Source: Phycisphaera mikurensis NBRC 102666 | GTDB lineage: Bacteria > Planctomycetota > Phycisphaerae > Phycisphaerales > Phycisphaeraceae | Assembly: GCF_000284115.1 (NCBI RefSeq) | Contig: NC_017080.1 | Span: 690,001 to 722,000 of the forward strand | Reading direction: 5' to 3' | Length of the DNA: 32,000 bases | Part shown: positions 8,421 through 17,307 of the stretch, piece after piece | Position numbering within the stretch: position 1 is the first letter of the stretch | How the letters are laid out: each line of letters starts with the position of its first letter | Notes under the pieces: model-generated | What the model saw: only the letters and a program-made list of their open reading frames with translations | The model's database searches: none | What the model was told of the DNA's origin: nothing | Translations under genes and position numbers: made by a program

Positions 8421-8603
8421 ATGCGAAACCTCCCCAACCCCGCCGCCCTGATCGCCGCTGCCGCCGCCGCTGCCCTCTGCCTCGGCCTCGCCTCGGGCTG
8501 CGCCACCTCCGGCACCGACGCCGGCGTGCAGGACGACAGCGAGCTGCGGGTGCTCGACGACACGGGCAAGGTGGACGACGGCGGGCTGGGCGACCGGAAC
8601 TGA
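8421..8603 (+). CDS. Small putative lipoprotein (60 aa)
   Basis: MRNLPNPAALIAAAAAAALCLGLASGC has a lipobox-like LASGC. Strong GC3 bias. Confidence 0.55.
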   Translation: MRNLPNPAALIAAAAAAALCLGLASGCATSGTDAGVQDDSELRVLDDTGKVDDGGLGDRN

Positions 8604-8750
8604 GCCGGCGGCCCGGCTTGCGGCCGACCGGTCGCGAGGCGGCGCCGGGGCGGTGGCGGCAGCGGGGGCGTGCGCGATGGAGCCGGGCACGGTGCGCGGA
8701 GCGTGCGGTCGTACGCTTCCTGGGTGAAGAAAAGCTTCTCGCTCTCAGGG

Positions 8751-9953
8751 ATGGTGCTCGACAACGCCGCCACCGCGGACACCGGCGGCGTCGCGTTCAT
8801 CAAGCGGAAGAAGCCGGATTGGCTGCGGGCGAGGCTGCCCGGCGGGCCGGGCTTCCGCGACACGCGGGAGATGGTCGACCGCTTCAAGCTGCACACCGTG
8901 TGCGAGTCGGCCAAGTGCCCGAACCTCGGCGAGTGCTGGGAGCGGGGCACGGCGACGATGATGATCCTCGGCGACGTGTGCACGCGCAGCTGCGGGTTCT
9001 GCCACATCAAGACCGGCCGGCCGCCGGAGTACGACCTCGACGAGCCGCGCCGCGTGGGCGAGGCGGCGGCGATCATGGGCTTGAAGCACCTGGTCATCAC
9101 CAGCGTGAACCGCGACGAGCTGCCCGACGGCGGGGCGGAGGTCTGGGCGGAGACGATCCGCGAGATCCGCCGCCAGAGCCCCGGCACCGCGGTGGAGGTG
9201 CTGATCCCGGACTTCTGCGGCGACTGGGACGCGCTGCAGATCGTCCTCGACGAGCGCCCCGAGATCCTCAACCACAACCTCGAGAGCGTGCCGCGGCTGT
9301 ACCGAGCGGTCCGCCCGCAGGCGATCTACGACCGGTCCGTGGAGCTGCTCCGCCGCGCGAAGGCGCAGGGGCTCAACGTGAAGACCGGCATCATGGTTGG
9401 CATCGGCGAGCGGGAGGAGGAGGTGCACGCGCTGATCGAGGACGTCTGCGAGCGGACGGAGGTGCCCGGCATCGACGCCGACGTGCCCGCGACGAACCTC
9501 GACCCCGGCCCGCCGGACCCCAACCGCATGCTGCCCGGGGGGCACCTGATGGAGCCCGGCGAGAGCGCCCACGAGAACCTCGGCACCGAGAAGCCCGACG
9601 CCGCGAGCAAGCTCCGCCGCGGCGGCTACCTGGTCGACCACCTCTCGCCGGGCTGGGGCCACCACGCGCCGGTGAAGGCGGACCCGGTCGCCATGGCCGC
9701 GCACCGCGACGCGGCCGAGGCCGGCACGTACCCGGGCATGCACCCGCGCTGCGACATCCTGACCATCGGGCAGTACCTGCAGCCGACGCGGAACCACCTG
9801 CCGATCTCCCACTGGGTCACGCCGGACCAGTTTCGGGCTTACAAAGAGTTCGCCGAGGCCGCGGGGTTCCGGCACTGCGAGAGCGGCCCGCTGGTGCGAT
9901 CGAGCTACCACGCGGACGAACAGGTCATGGCCGCGCAGACCGCCCGCGCCTGA
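8751..9953 (+). CDS. lipA: Lipoyl synthase with an atypical internal insertion of about 93 aa
   Basis: [12 protein letters not shown], radical-SAM [13 protein letters not shown], and the C-terminal LTIGQYLQP...VRSSYHAD motifs. ATG 8751 preferred; an in-frame alternative start exists at 8670. Confidence 0.9.
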   Translation: MVLDNAATADTGGVAFIKRKKPDWLRARLPGGPGFRDTREMVDRFKLHTVCESAKCPNLGECWERGTATMMILGDVCTRSCGFCHIKTGRPPEYDLDEPRRVGEAAAIMGLKHLVITSVNRDELPDGGAEVWAETIREIRRQSPGTAVEVLIPDFCGDWDALQIVLDERPEILNHNLESVPRLYRAVRPQAIYDRSVELLRRAKAQGLNVKTGIMVGIGEREEEVHALIEDVCERTEVPGIDADVPATNLDPGPPDPNRMLPGGHLMEPGESAHENLGTEKPDAASKLRRGGYLVDHLSPGWGHHAPVKADPVAMAAHRDAAEAGTYPGMHPRCDILTIGQYLQPTRNHLPISHWVTPDQFRAYKEFAEAAGFRHCESGPLVRSSYHADEQVMAAQTARA

Positions 9954-10031
9954 GCGCGGCGTGCCCGGCACGCTCCGCGCGCCGGATGCTCGTTCCTGGA
10001 AACGCTTCTCGATCCCGGTCGCGCCGACCGC

Positions 10032-10715
10032 TCATCCCAGCGCCGCCTCCAGCGGGCAAGGCGCGGGCGGCACGCCGCCGTCCCGGTACCGCCCCAGCAG
10101 CCGCTTGCTCTCCGCCGCGAGCGCCCGCCGGACCTCGCGGCGTCTCCCCTTGACCCGCGGGATGCGCATGTGGTCGTAGGCGGTGGTCCGGTGGCGGAGC
10201 CACGCGATCACCGCGGCGGCGGCCCGCTCCTGGATCGGGATCCGCTGCGTGCGGGCGACCGTGCCCGAGCCCACGGGCGTGGCGTGTGCCGCCACCGCCG
10301 CGGCGACGCGCCGCCCGAGCGGCGCGTGGGCCGGAGCGAAACCCAGGTAATCCTCCACCGCCGCGGCGAAGCCCGCCGCGTAAGCGGCTTCCTTCCTCGC
10401 CCGGGCGGCGCGGCCGGTCTCGAGCTTCCTGCGGTACACCGGGTCGGCCCGCTCCGCGGAGCGACGGGCCGTCTCCGCGGCGATCGTGCCCGCCGGGGCG
10501 AGCACGCCGCGGGAGAACGTGCGGCGGCCCCGCTTCTCCTGCACCGCCCAGTGCGGGCCCGCGGCCTTGACGCGCTTCGTCAGCGCGGCGTCGCCGGGCG
10601 GCAGCAACGCCCAGCCGTCGGGTGCCCGGAAGCGGGCGGCCCCGTCGCGGAAGACGCCGGGGATCGGGCCGGGCCCGACGGTGCGGGTGTCGGGCGGACC
10701 GGGGAGGACGGGCAT
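10032..10715 (-). CDS. DUF2293-like conserved hypothetical protein
   Basis: ATG complement at 10713-10715 (MPVLPGPPD...). The C-terminal region AWLRHRTTAYDHMRIPRVKGRRREVRRAL resembles DUF2293, recalled from memory. Confidence 0.6.
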   Translation of the reverse strand: MPVLPGPPDTRTVGPGPIPGVFRDGAARFRAPDGWALLPPGDAALTKRVKAAGPHWAVQEKRGRRTFSRGVLAPAGTIAAETARRSAERADPVYRRKLETGRAARARKEAAYAAGFAAAVEDYLGFAPAHAPLGRRVAAAVAAHATPVGSGTVARTQRIPIQERAAAAVIAWLRHRTTAYDHMRIPRVKGRRREVRRALAAESKRLLGRYRDGGVPPAPCPLEAALG

Positions 10716-10737
10716 GCGCGAAACGCTACCGCAGAGC

Positions 10738-10783
10738 CCGCGGACCGTCGGCGAAACCCCCCGCTTCCGGCCACGGTCCGCGG
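10738..10783. repeat. 46-bp hairpin repeat, copy D
   Basis: CCGCGGACCG (10738-10747), 26-nt loop, CGGTCCGCGG (10774-10783). Flanking C/G and T/A extend the stem. Lies 23 nt upstream of the DUF2293 start. Confidence 0.9.
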
Positions 10784-10804
10784 GATCGACCCGGCAGACG
10801 CGGG

Positions 10805-10828
10805 CCCCCGCCGCAGGCGGAAGCACAG
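10805..10828. repeat. 24-nt direct repeat, copy 1
   Basis: CCCCCGCCGCAGGCGGAAGCACAG matches 10951-10974 at 22 of 24 positions. Contains the mini-hairpin CGCC-GCA-GGCG. Confidence 0.5.
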
Positions 10829-10950
10829 ACCGGCCGCACGCTCGGTTCCCCCCGTGCCGGCCGTGGCAACCCGCTCACACGCAGAGCGGGCTCCGCCCGC
10901 TCGGAGGCGCACACGCGAAACAAGAGCGAGCGCAGCGACGCGAAAGCCTC

Positions 10951-10974
10951 CCCCCGCCGCAGGCGGGAGCGCAG
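10951..10974. repeat. 24-nt direct repeat, copy 2 (abuts the ppc stop; possible weak terminator hairpin on the minus strand)
   Basis: CCCCCGCCGCAGGCGGGAGCGCAG. On the minus strand the hairpin is followed by GGGAGGCTTTCGCG. Confidence 0.45.
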
Positions 10975-10978
10975 CCCC

Positions 10979-13771
10979 CTAGCCCGTCCCGCGGAGGCCC
11001 GCGGCGAGCCCCTGGACCGTCTGGCGGAGGGCGTGGTCGGTCGCGGCGAGCTTGGCGTCGCCCTCGGCGAGCTTGGCGCGGCGGCCGAGCAGCTCGACCT
11101 GGACGAGGTTGAGGACGTCGACGTAGGGGTTGCGCTCCTCGACGCTGGCCTTGAGCCAGGCGGCGCCGTCGAGCAGGTCCTCGTGGCCGATGACCGCGAG
11201 CACCGCCTCGCGGGTCCGGGCCATGTCGGCCCGCAGCACGCCGGCGACCTCGCGGCCGGCCCCCTCGGGGACCAGCGCGGCGTACCAGGCGATGGCATCG
11301 GGGTTGGCTTTCACGAGCGCCAGCTCGACGTTGTGGATCAGCGTGTGGAACCACGGCCAGCCGCGGTACATGTCGCGGAGCAGGTCGGTGCCGCCGGGCG
11401 CCTCCGCGGCCGCTTCGGAGAGGCCCACGCCGAGGCCGAAGAAGGCGGTGACCGGGCAGCGGGCCTGCGTCCAAGCGAAGGTGTAGGGGATCGCGCGGAG
11501 GTTCTCGAGCTTGCGTTCTCCGGCTCGTCGGGCGGGACGGCTTCCGATCGGCAGCCGCTCGATTGCCTCGATCGGCGTGGCGTTGCCGAAGTAGGCGAGG
11601 AAGCCGGGGTGCTCGACCAGGGCGCGGTAGGCGGCGCGGGAGCGTGCCGACGCGGCGTCGATGAGCGAGATCCAGGCCGCCGGCAGGTCGGCGTCGCCGG
11701 CGGCGGTCACCTGCAGCGTCGCGTTGGTCACCTGCTCGAGGTGGCGCTGGGCGATGTCGGGATCGTCGTACCGCTCGGAGAGGATCTCCCCCTGCTCGGT
11801 CGTCCGGAGCGTGCCGGCGACGGCGCCGGCGGGCAGCGCCCGGATCGCCCGGGCGGCCGGGCCGCCGCCGCGGCCCAGCGAGCCGCCGCGGCCGTGGAAC
11901 ACGAGCAGGCTCACGCCGCGGCCGGCGGCCAGGTCGGCCAGCGCTTGCTGGGCGGCGTAGAGGCCGCGGTTGCTGGAGAGGTAGCCGCCGTCCTTCGCGG
12001 AGTCGGAGTAGCCGATCATCACGTGCTGGCCGGTGCCGGACGCCTCCAGATGGGCGCGGTAGCGGTCGTCGTCGAAGAGGCCGGCCATCAGGTCGGGGCC
12101 GGCGGCGAGGTCGTCGATGGTCTCCAGCAGCGGCGCGATTGGGGGAGAGAAGGCCGGCGCGGCGTGGCCCTCGGCGGCGGCGGCGACGCGGGTGAGCCAG
12201 AGGCCGGTGAGGGCGTCGGCCGCCGTCTGGGTCATGCTCACGATGCGGGCGCCCAGCGCCTCGGGGCCGTAGGCGCGGGCGACGCGCTCGAGCAGGCGGA
12301 AGGTTTCGAGCGTCTCGGCGGCCGCGTCGCCGAGGGAGCCGGCGGCCGCGGCCTCCGCGACGCGGGAGCCGGCGTCCCCGGGCAGGTCGGTCAGCAGGAA
12401 GTCGGCCCGGGCCCGCGCGTCCCGGCGCGGCGGGATCGACAGCCCGGCGGCTTCGGCCACGCCCTCGACGGCGGCGTGCATGCGGTCGGCGTGCTCCCGG
12501 AAGTCCAGCCGTGCCGAGTGCAGGCCGAAGGCGTCGATGCGGTCGAGCCAGGGCAACAGCTCGGTGTCGACGAGCTCGTCGTGGCCGCTCTGCCGCAGGG
12601 CGGAGGCGATGCCCGCGACGTCGGCGCGGAAGGCGGCGGCGTCGGGGTAGGCGGCGGGCACGGGCTCGCCGCCGGGGGTCACCCGCAGGCTCGCCTCCAG
12701 CCGGGAGCGGACGACGCGGATTGCGCAGCGGTAGGGCTCGACCTCCGGAGGCCGTCGCGGCGCGGCATCGGGGAAGCGGGCGAGCGAGTCCGCGAGCGCC
12801 GCACCGAAGGCGGCGGGAACCGCTTCCCGGTCCGCGGAGATCGTGAGCACCGAGTCCAGCCGGTTGCACGTGGCGGTGTGGCGGTGGATGGCGGCCGCCC
12901 GCAGCGTCGACAGCGCTTCGGCCGTGACGGAGGCGGTCACGAAGGGGTTGCCGTCGCGGTCACCGCCGATCCACGAGCCGAAGCGCAGCGGGCAGCTCAG
13001 CCGCGCGTCGGCCTCGCCGCTGCGCTTGGCGACGGAGTCGCCGTAGGCCTCGGCGAACCCGCGGCGGGCTTCGGCGCAGAGGCCGGGCACGGCTTCCCAG
13101 AGGGCGTCGAAGGCGGAGAGGCTGCGGCCCAGCTCCTCCATCACCGTGGGCTTGCGGTTGCGGAAGGAGTCGGTCTGCCACAGGCAGCCCAGGTCGCCGC
13201 GGATGCGGTCGAGCCGCTCGCGGCGGTCGGCCGGGTCGCTCTCACTCTCGATCTCCTCGAGGTGCTCGCGCAGCCGGCGGAGGCCCTGCCGCACCGCGCG
13301 GCGCTTGCTCTCGGTGGGGTGGGCGGTGAAGACCGGCTCGATCTCCAGGCCGTTCCACGCGGCCACCGCCCGCCGCGCCGAAAAGCCCGCGGCCGCCAGG
13401 CCGGCGAAGGCGGCGGCGACGGAGTCGGCATAGGGCGTCGGGCGGCGGCCGCGGCGGCGGGAGGTCCGCAGCACGCGGACGCGCTGTCGTTCCTCGGAGA
13501 GGTTGAAGAGGTCGAAGGTCACCGCCGCCGCCCGCGCCAGCGCCTCCAGCTCCGCCTCGCTCATATTTGCGAGCCGCTCCCGCAGGGCGTCGCCCGCGGC
13601 CTCGCTCCCCGCCCGCCGCTCCCGCGCCAGACGGCCCGCCTCGGCCCAGCGGCCACGCAGCCCCGGCTCGGCGAAGCGGTCGATGACGCCGCCGAGCAGG
13701 CGTGTCAGCAGGCGTCGGTCCCGCTCGAGGCGGCTCCGGGCGGGGGAAGAGGTCGTCGGGGGTTGGGCCAC
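10979..13771 (-). CDS. ppc: Phosphoenolpyruvate carboxylase
   Basis: 930 aa with VFTAHPTE, GYSDSAKDGG, FHGRGGSLGRGGGP and a C-terminal ...GLRGTG, all canonical PEPC motifs. Confidence 0.95.
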   Translation of the reverse strand: MAQPPTTSSPARSRLERDRRLLTRLLGGVIDRFAEPGLRGRWAEAGRLARERRAGSEAAGDALRERLANMSEAELEALARAAAVTFDLFNLSEERQRVRVLRTSRRRGRRPTPYADSVAAAFAGLAAAGFSARRAVAAWNGLEIEPVFTAHPTESKRRAVRQGLRRLREHLEEIESESDPADRRERLDRIRGDLGCLWQTDSFRNRKPTVMEELGRSLSAFDALWEAVPGLCAEARRGFAEAYGDSVAKRSGEADARLSCPLRFGSWIGGDRDGNPFVTASVTAEALSTLRAAAIHRHTATCNRLDSVLTISADREAVPAAFGAALADSLARFPDAAPRRPPEVEPYRCAIRVVRSRLEASLRVTPGGEPVPAAYPDAAAFRADVAGIASALRQSGHDELVDTELLPWLDRIDAFGLHSARLDFREHADRMHAAVEGVAEAAGLSIPPRRDARARADFLLTDLPGDAGSRVAEAAAAGSLGDAAAETLETFRLLERVARAYGPEALGARIVSMTQTAADALTGLWLTRVAAAAEGHAAPAFSPPIAPLLETIDDLAAGPDLMAGLFDDDRYRAHLEASGTGQHVMIGYSDSAKDGGYLSSNRGLYAAQQALADLAAGRGVSLLVFHGRGGSLGRGGGPAARAIRALPAGAVAGTLRTTEQGEILSERYDDPDIAQRHLEQVTNATLQVTAAGDADLPAAWISLIDAASARSRAAYRALVEHPGFLAYFGNATPIEAIERLPIGSRPARRAGERKLENLRAIPYTFAWTQARCPVTAFFGLGVGLSEAAAEAPGGTDLLRDMYRGWPWFHTLIHNVELALVKANPDAIAWYAALVPEGAGREVAGVLRADMARTREAVLAVIGHEDLLDGAAWLKASVEERNPYVDVLNLVQVELLGRRAKLAEGDAKLAATDHALRQTVQGLAAGLRGTG

Positions 13772-13816
13772 GGGGGCAGTATGGGCAGGGCTCGCTCCGC
13801 GTCGCCGGACGAGGCC

Positions 13817-14632
13817 TCAGTCCGCCGTCCCGAAGGGGTCCCAGATCGCGTCGTGCTGGTTGTACGCGCCGGGCGCGCCGGTGACCGCGTCGATGCCGGG
13901 CGTCGTGATGGCCTTGTTCTCCGCCCACGCGGCGTGGCCGTCGGCGAAAGCGAGGTGGCCCCCGCCGCTGTGGCGGGCGGCGAAGCGCTGCCAGTCGGCC
14001 TTCTGGCGGTTGAGCGCCTCGCCGTAGAAAGGATCCGACGCCGGCAGCTCGTCGGGGTTGGCCCGCAGCTCCAGCATGAGGATCGTGTTGCTCGCGTCGG
14101 GCAGGTCGCCGAGCTTGATCGCTTCGACGCCGCTCAGTGTGCGGAGGTTGCGGCTGCGGACCTTCGCGGTCTCGTTGGCGAGCTCGGCGTTGAAGACGTA
14201 GTTGAAGTAGAAGTCCAGCGGGCCGCCGGGGCCGGTGTACCGCCAGCCGGTGGCGGGCATGGACGCCGCGGGCTCGGCGACCTGGTCGGTGAAGATGGAG
14301 GGGTCGGCGCCGGGCAGCGGGATGGGCGAGAGGTTGCGGTAGCGGTCGCTGCCCATGTACAGCGGGACGCTGTTCGCCCACCAGAGGTCCTCGGCGAAGT
14401 TGCGGTCCATCTTGCTCTTGTGGCCGTCCCAGGGGAGGAAGTCCCGGTCGTCGAGCGTGTGCTGCACCAGGGCCTGGGCCCACGAGCGGGTGTTGGCGAG
14501 GCTTACCAGGGCGCGGGCGGACCCGCGGGCGGCACCGAGCGCGGGGAGGAGGATGCCGATGAGCAGGGCGATGATCGAGATCACCACGAGCAGCTCGATG
14601 AGGGTGAAGCCGGGGCGGTGACGGTTGATCAT
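13817..14632 (-). CDS. Prepilin-type N-terminal cleavage/methylation domain protein (DUF1559 / H-X9-DG)
   Basis: [37 protein letters not shown]-terminal HSGGGHLAFADGHAAW fits H-X9-DG. Confidence 0.9.
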   Translation of the reverse strand: MINRHRPGFTLIELLVVISIIALLIGILLPALGAARGSARALVSLANTRSWAQALVQHTLDDRDFLPWDGHKSKMDRNFAEDLWWANSVPLYMGSDRYRNLSPIPLPGADPSIFTDQVAEPAASMPATGWRYTGPGGPLDFYFNYVFNAELANETAKVRSRNLRTLSGVEAIKLGDLPDASNTILMLELRANPDELPASDPFYGEALNRQKADWQRFAARHSGGGHLAFADGHAAWAENKAITTPGIDAVTGAPGAYNQHDAIWDPFGTAD

Positions 14633-14716
14633 GGGCGGAGGTTCCGGGCGGGGCGCAAGCGGAAGGCCGGGCCGGGCGGTGGGCCCGACGCGGCGCTGCG
14701 TGGAGCGGGAGGCGGC

Positions 14717-15595
14717 TCAGCCGCGTCGGCGGCGGGAAGCGAGCAGGCCCAGGCCCGCGGCCGCGAGCGCGGCGGTGCCGGGCTCGGGGATCTGGTTGCG
14801 GAGGGCGGACACGTCCTGCTCGATGACGAAGCTGCCGTCGGGCTGGAGGTCGGCGTTGAGGCTGCCGTAGGTCGTGCCGGAGGTGTCGTCGTAGAGGGAG
14901 CTGTCGGCTCCGATCGCCTGGAAGTCGGCGAGCGTCGCGCCGGCGCCGGGGCCCTCCAGGGCGAAGCCTTCGCGGCTGTTGACCTTGTCGCCGGCGTAGC
15001 CGGGCGCGCCCTCGCCGGTGGCGGCGGCGCGGACGACGCCACCGGCGTCGAGGATCGTCAGCGTCCAGTCCTCGTTGCCGACGGAGAAGTCGCCGGGGCT
15101 CCCGTCGTTGGTGGTCGTGGTCACGAGGCCGGCGGCCTTGCCCGCCTCCTCGCGGGTGGCGACGTTGATCGTCCAGTCGCCGGCGACGGGGTCGTAGGAG
15201 GTGTCGGTCGAGGTGTCGAGCAGAGAGCCCCCGCCGTCGGCGGTCTCGATGAAGGTGATCAGCGAGCCGGCCTTGACGTCGCTCCACAGCGCGTCACCGG
15301 TGAGCGTGAGCGTGCCGGCGGTGTTGATGCCCGAGCCCGTGAAGGTCTCCTCCGCTTCGGTCCAGGCGAGCTGCCAGCCGCGCAGGTCGGTGTCCTCGAT
15401 CACCAGCAGCTCGAACCAGTTGCCGCCGTTGCCGTCGATCGTGCCGAAGAAGGCGTCGGCGCCCGCTCCGTCGTCGAGCTGCTTGCTGCCGCTGACGGCG
15501 TTGTACTCGTTGAGGACGACGGGGGCCGCCGAGGCGGCGGGGGCGGCGAGAGCGGCGGCGGCGATCAGGGCGACGGGGCGGGGGGTCATGAGCAT
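14717..15595 (-). CDS. Lamin-tail-domain-like PEP-CTERM protein
   Basis: MLMTPRPVALIAAAALAAPAASA signal peptide. VVLNEYNAV...GNWFELLV is LTD-like. C-terminus IPEPGTAALAAAGLGLLASRRRRG. Confidence 0.85.
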   Translation of the reverse strand: MLMTPRPVALIAAAALAAPAASAAPVVLNEYNAVSGSKQLDDGAGADAFFGTIDGNGGNWFELLVIEDTDLRGWQLAWTEAEETFTGSGINTAGTLTLTGDALWSDVKAGSLITFIETADGGGSLLDTSTDTSYDPVAGDWTINVATREEAGKAAGLVTTTTNDGSPGDFSVGNEDWTLTILDAGGVVRAAATGEGAPGYAGDKVNSREGFALEGPGAGATLADFQAIGADSSLYDDTSGTTYGSLNADLQPDGSFVIEQDVSALRNQIPEPGTAALAAAGLGLLASRRRRG

Positions 15596-15685
15596 CTCCG
15601 GGGCGGGCGTGCAGGACGCGGCGCGTCTTCTGCGGGAGGGAACATCGCGCCGCCGCGTGAGCAAACCGTGGCGGGTGTGTGAGAA

Positions 15686-17215
15686 GTGGGTGAGCGGCCG
15701 CCGCGCGGGTACACCGCCGCCATGCCGCTCCCCCCGCCGCCGCCGCCGCCGGAACCGCCCGGGCTGGTCGAATCCGCACCGCCCGCGCTCACGCTGCGGG
15801 AGATCGGCCGCTGGGACAGCGGCCGCCCGGGCGTGTCCGCCGCCGAGGTCCCCGCCTGGACGTCCGACGGGCTCGGCTTGCTGGTGACCGACGCCGAACG
15901 CGGCCTGCGGCTGCTCGACGCGTCGGACCCCGCGGCACCGCGGGAGGCGGCGCTCTACGAGGCTCCCGGCGTCAACTCGGTGGCGGTTTCGGGCGGCCGG
16001 ATCGCCGCGGCGATCGCCGGCGGCGATCCCGCCGGGCCGGGCCGGCTGGTCGTGCTCGACGCGGAGCTGCGGCCGGTTGCCGAGGCCGCGACCGGCGTCG
16101 GCCCCGACATGGTGGCCGCGGGCCCCGACGGCTCCTGGCTCACCGCCGACGAGGGCCAGCCCGCCGCCGGCGTGGACCCGCCCGGGGGACTCACCCGCGT
16201 CGCTCCCGACGCGGGCGAAGCCGGGGTGGTCCGCCTCCCCGCCCGCCCCGGCGGCATCCGGTCCGGGGCCAGCGGCGGCGGGCCCGAAACGCTCGAGCCC
16301 GAGTACGTCGCCGTCTCCGCCGACGGTTCCTTCGCCTGCGTCGCCCTGCAGGAGAACAACGCGGTGGCCTTCTTCGACCTGCAGGAAGACCGCTTCACCG
16401 ACGTCGTCGGCCTGGGGTTGCTCGAACGCTCCGCGCCGGGGGCCGGGTTCGACGCCTCGGACCGGGACGGCGGCGTCCGCATCCACCGGTGGCCGGTGTC
16501 GGCCATGCCGCAGCCGGACGCGGTCGCGCTCCGCACCGTCGGCGGCCGCACCTTCCTCCTCACCGCCAACGAGGGGGAGACACGGGACGCCTCCGGGGGC
16601 GACCCTTTCACCGACGCCACCCGCGTGGCCGACCTCCCGCTCGACACCGACGCCTTCCCCGAGGCGGCGTGGCTGAAGCAGGACGACACGCTCGGCCGGC
16701 TGGAGGTGGTCCGGCCCGGTGCCCATCCGGCGGTGGATCCCGACGGCGACGGCGACGCCGACCGGCTGGTCGCCTTCGGCGGCCGCTCGGTGTCGGTGTT
16801 CGAGGTGCTCGGGGCGCCCGGCTCACGCGAGCTCGCGCTCCGCTGGAACTCCGGCGACCTCTTCGAGCGCCTCGCGGCGGAGCGGGCCCCGGGCAGCTTC
16901 AACGCGGGGACCCGGGCCGCCGACAGCCGCTCGGAGAAGCGGGGGCCCGAGCCGGAGGGCCTCGTGCTCGGCGAGGTCGGCGGCCGCGTCCACGCCTTCG
17001 TCGGGCTCGAGCGCTCGCACGCCGTGGTGGCTCTGGACGTCACCGACCCGCTGGCGCCGACGCTGTCGGGCAGCGTCTTCGCCGGCGTCGCCGACCGCGC
17101 CCCCGAAGGCCTCGCCTTCCTGCCCGCCGGCCGCAGCCCCACCGGCGGGCCGCTGCTCGCCGTCGCGTACGAGGCGACCGGAACGCTGGTGATCTACGCC
17201 ATCGGCGAGAACTGA
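15686..17215 (+). CDS. Beta-propeller protein, choice-of-anchor-I-like (phosphatase/esterase-like fold), no obvious signal peptide or anchor
   Basis: Motifs VALQENNAVAFFDL, LLTANEGETRD, GPEPEGLVLG and APEGLAFLP...TGTLVIYAI. Start is GTG 15686 or ATG 15722. Poly-Pro N-terminus. Confidence 0.65.
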   Translation: MGERPPRGYTAAMPLPPPPPPPEPPGLVESAPPALTLREIGRWDSGRPGVSAAEVPAWTSDGLGLLVTDAERGLRLLDASDPAAPREAALYEAPGVNSVAVSGGRIAAAIAGGDPAGPGRLVVLDAELRPVAEAATGVGPDMVAAGPDGSWLTADEGQPAAGVDPPGGLTRVAPDAGEAGVVRLPARPGGIRSGASGGGPETLEPEYVAVSADGSFACVALQENNAVAFFDLQEDRFTDVVGLGLLERSAPGAGFDASDRDGGVRIHRWPVSAMPQPDAVALRTVGGRTFLLTANEGETRDASGGDPFTDATRVADLPLDTDAFPEAAWLKQDDTLGRLEVVRPGAHPAVDPDGDGDADRLVAFGGRSVSVFEVLGAPGSRELALRWNSGDLFERLAAERAPGSFNAGTRAADSRSEKRGPEPEGLVLGEVGGRVHAFVGLERSHAVVALDVTDPLAPTLSGSVFAGVADRAPEGLAFLPAGRSPTGGPLLAVAYEATGTLVIYAIGEN

Positions 17216-17307
17216 GCCCGCGGCCGACCAGGCCGCCGCACGACCCCGCGTCGGGCGAGACGCGATCGATCCCGCTCGCAGCCCCGGCGAGGTCCTGCGG
17301 CGTCCCG

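Noticed and set aside
9447-9755. Intein or mobile insertion in lipA.
   Set aside because: The insert of about 93 aa is too short and lacks intein blocks (no C-terminal HN plus nucleophile junction, no endonuclease motifs). Only a trivial 4-nt CGAC flank repeat is present. It is treated as a lineage-specific loop expansion.
12837-12846. Isolated CGGTCCGCGG arm inside ppc, and arm-like sites at 17391-17400, 17948-17957, 25267-25276 and 29249-29258.
   Set aside because: No partner arm at the 26-nt spacing. They are probably chance or codon-driven occurrences, not copies of the 46-bp element.
10622-15682. 1686-aa ORF on the plus strand, plus other very long ORFs: 26553-30494 minus, 10875-12869 minus, 13242-15287 minus, 16489-18720 plus, 27116-30739 plus, and the 5' part of 713-3379.
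   Set aside because: They are Arg/Gly/Pro/Ala-rich low-complexity translations lying antisense or out of frame to genes with clear family motifs (ppc, pseudopilin, GTs). This is a typical stop-codon-poor artefact of very high GC DNA. Only the segments with recognisable motifs and proper starts were kept.
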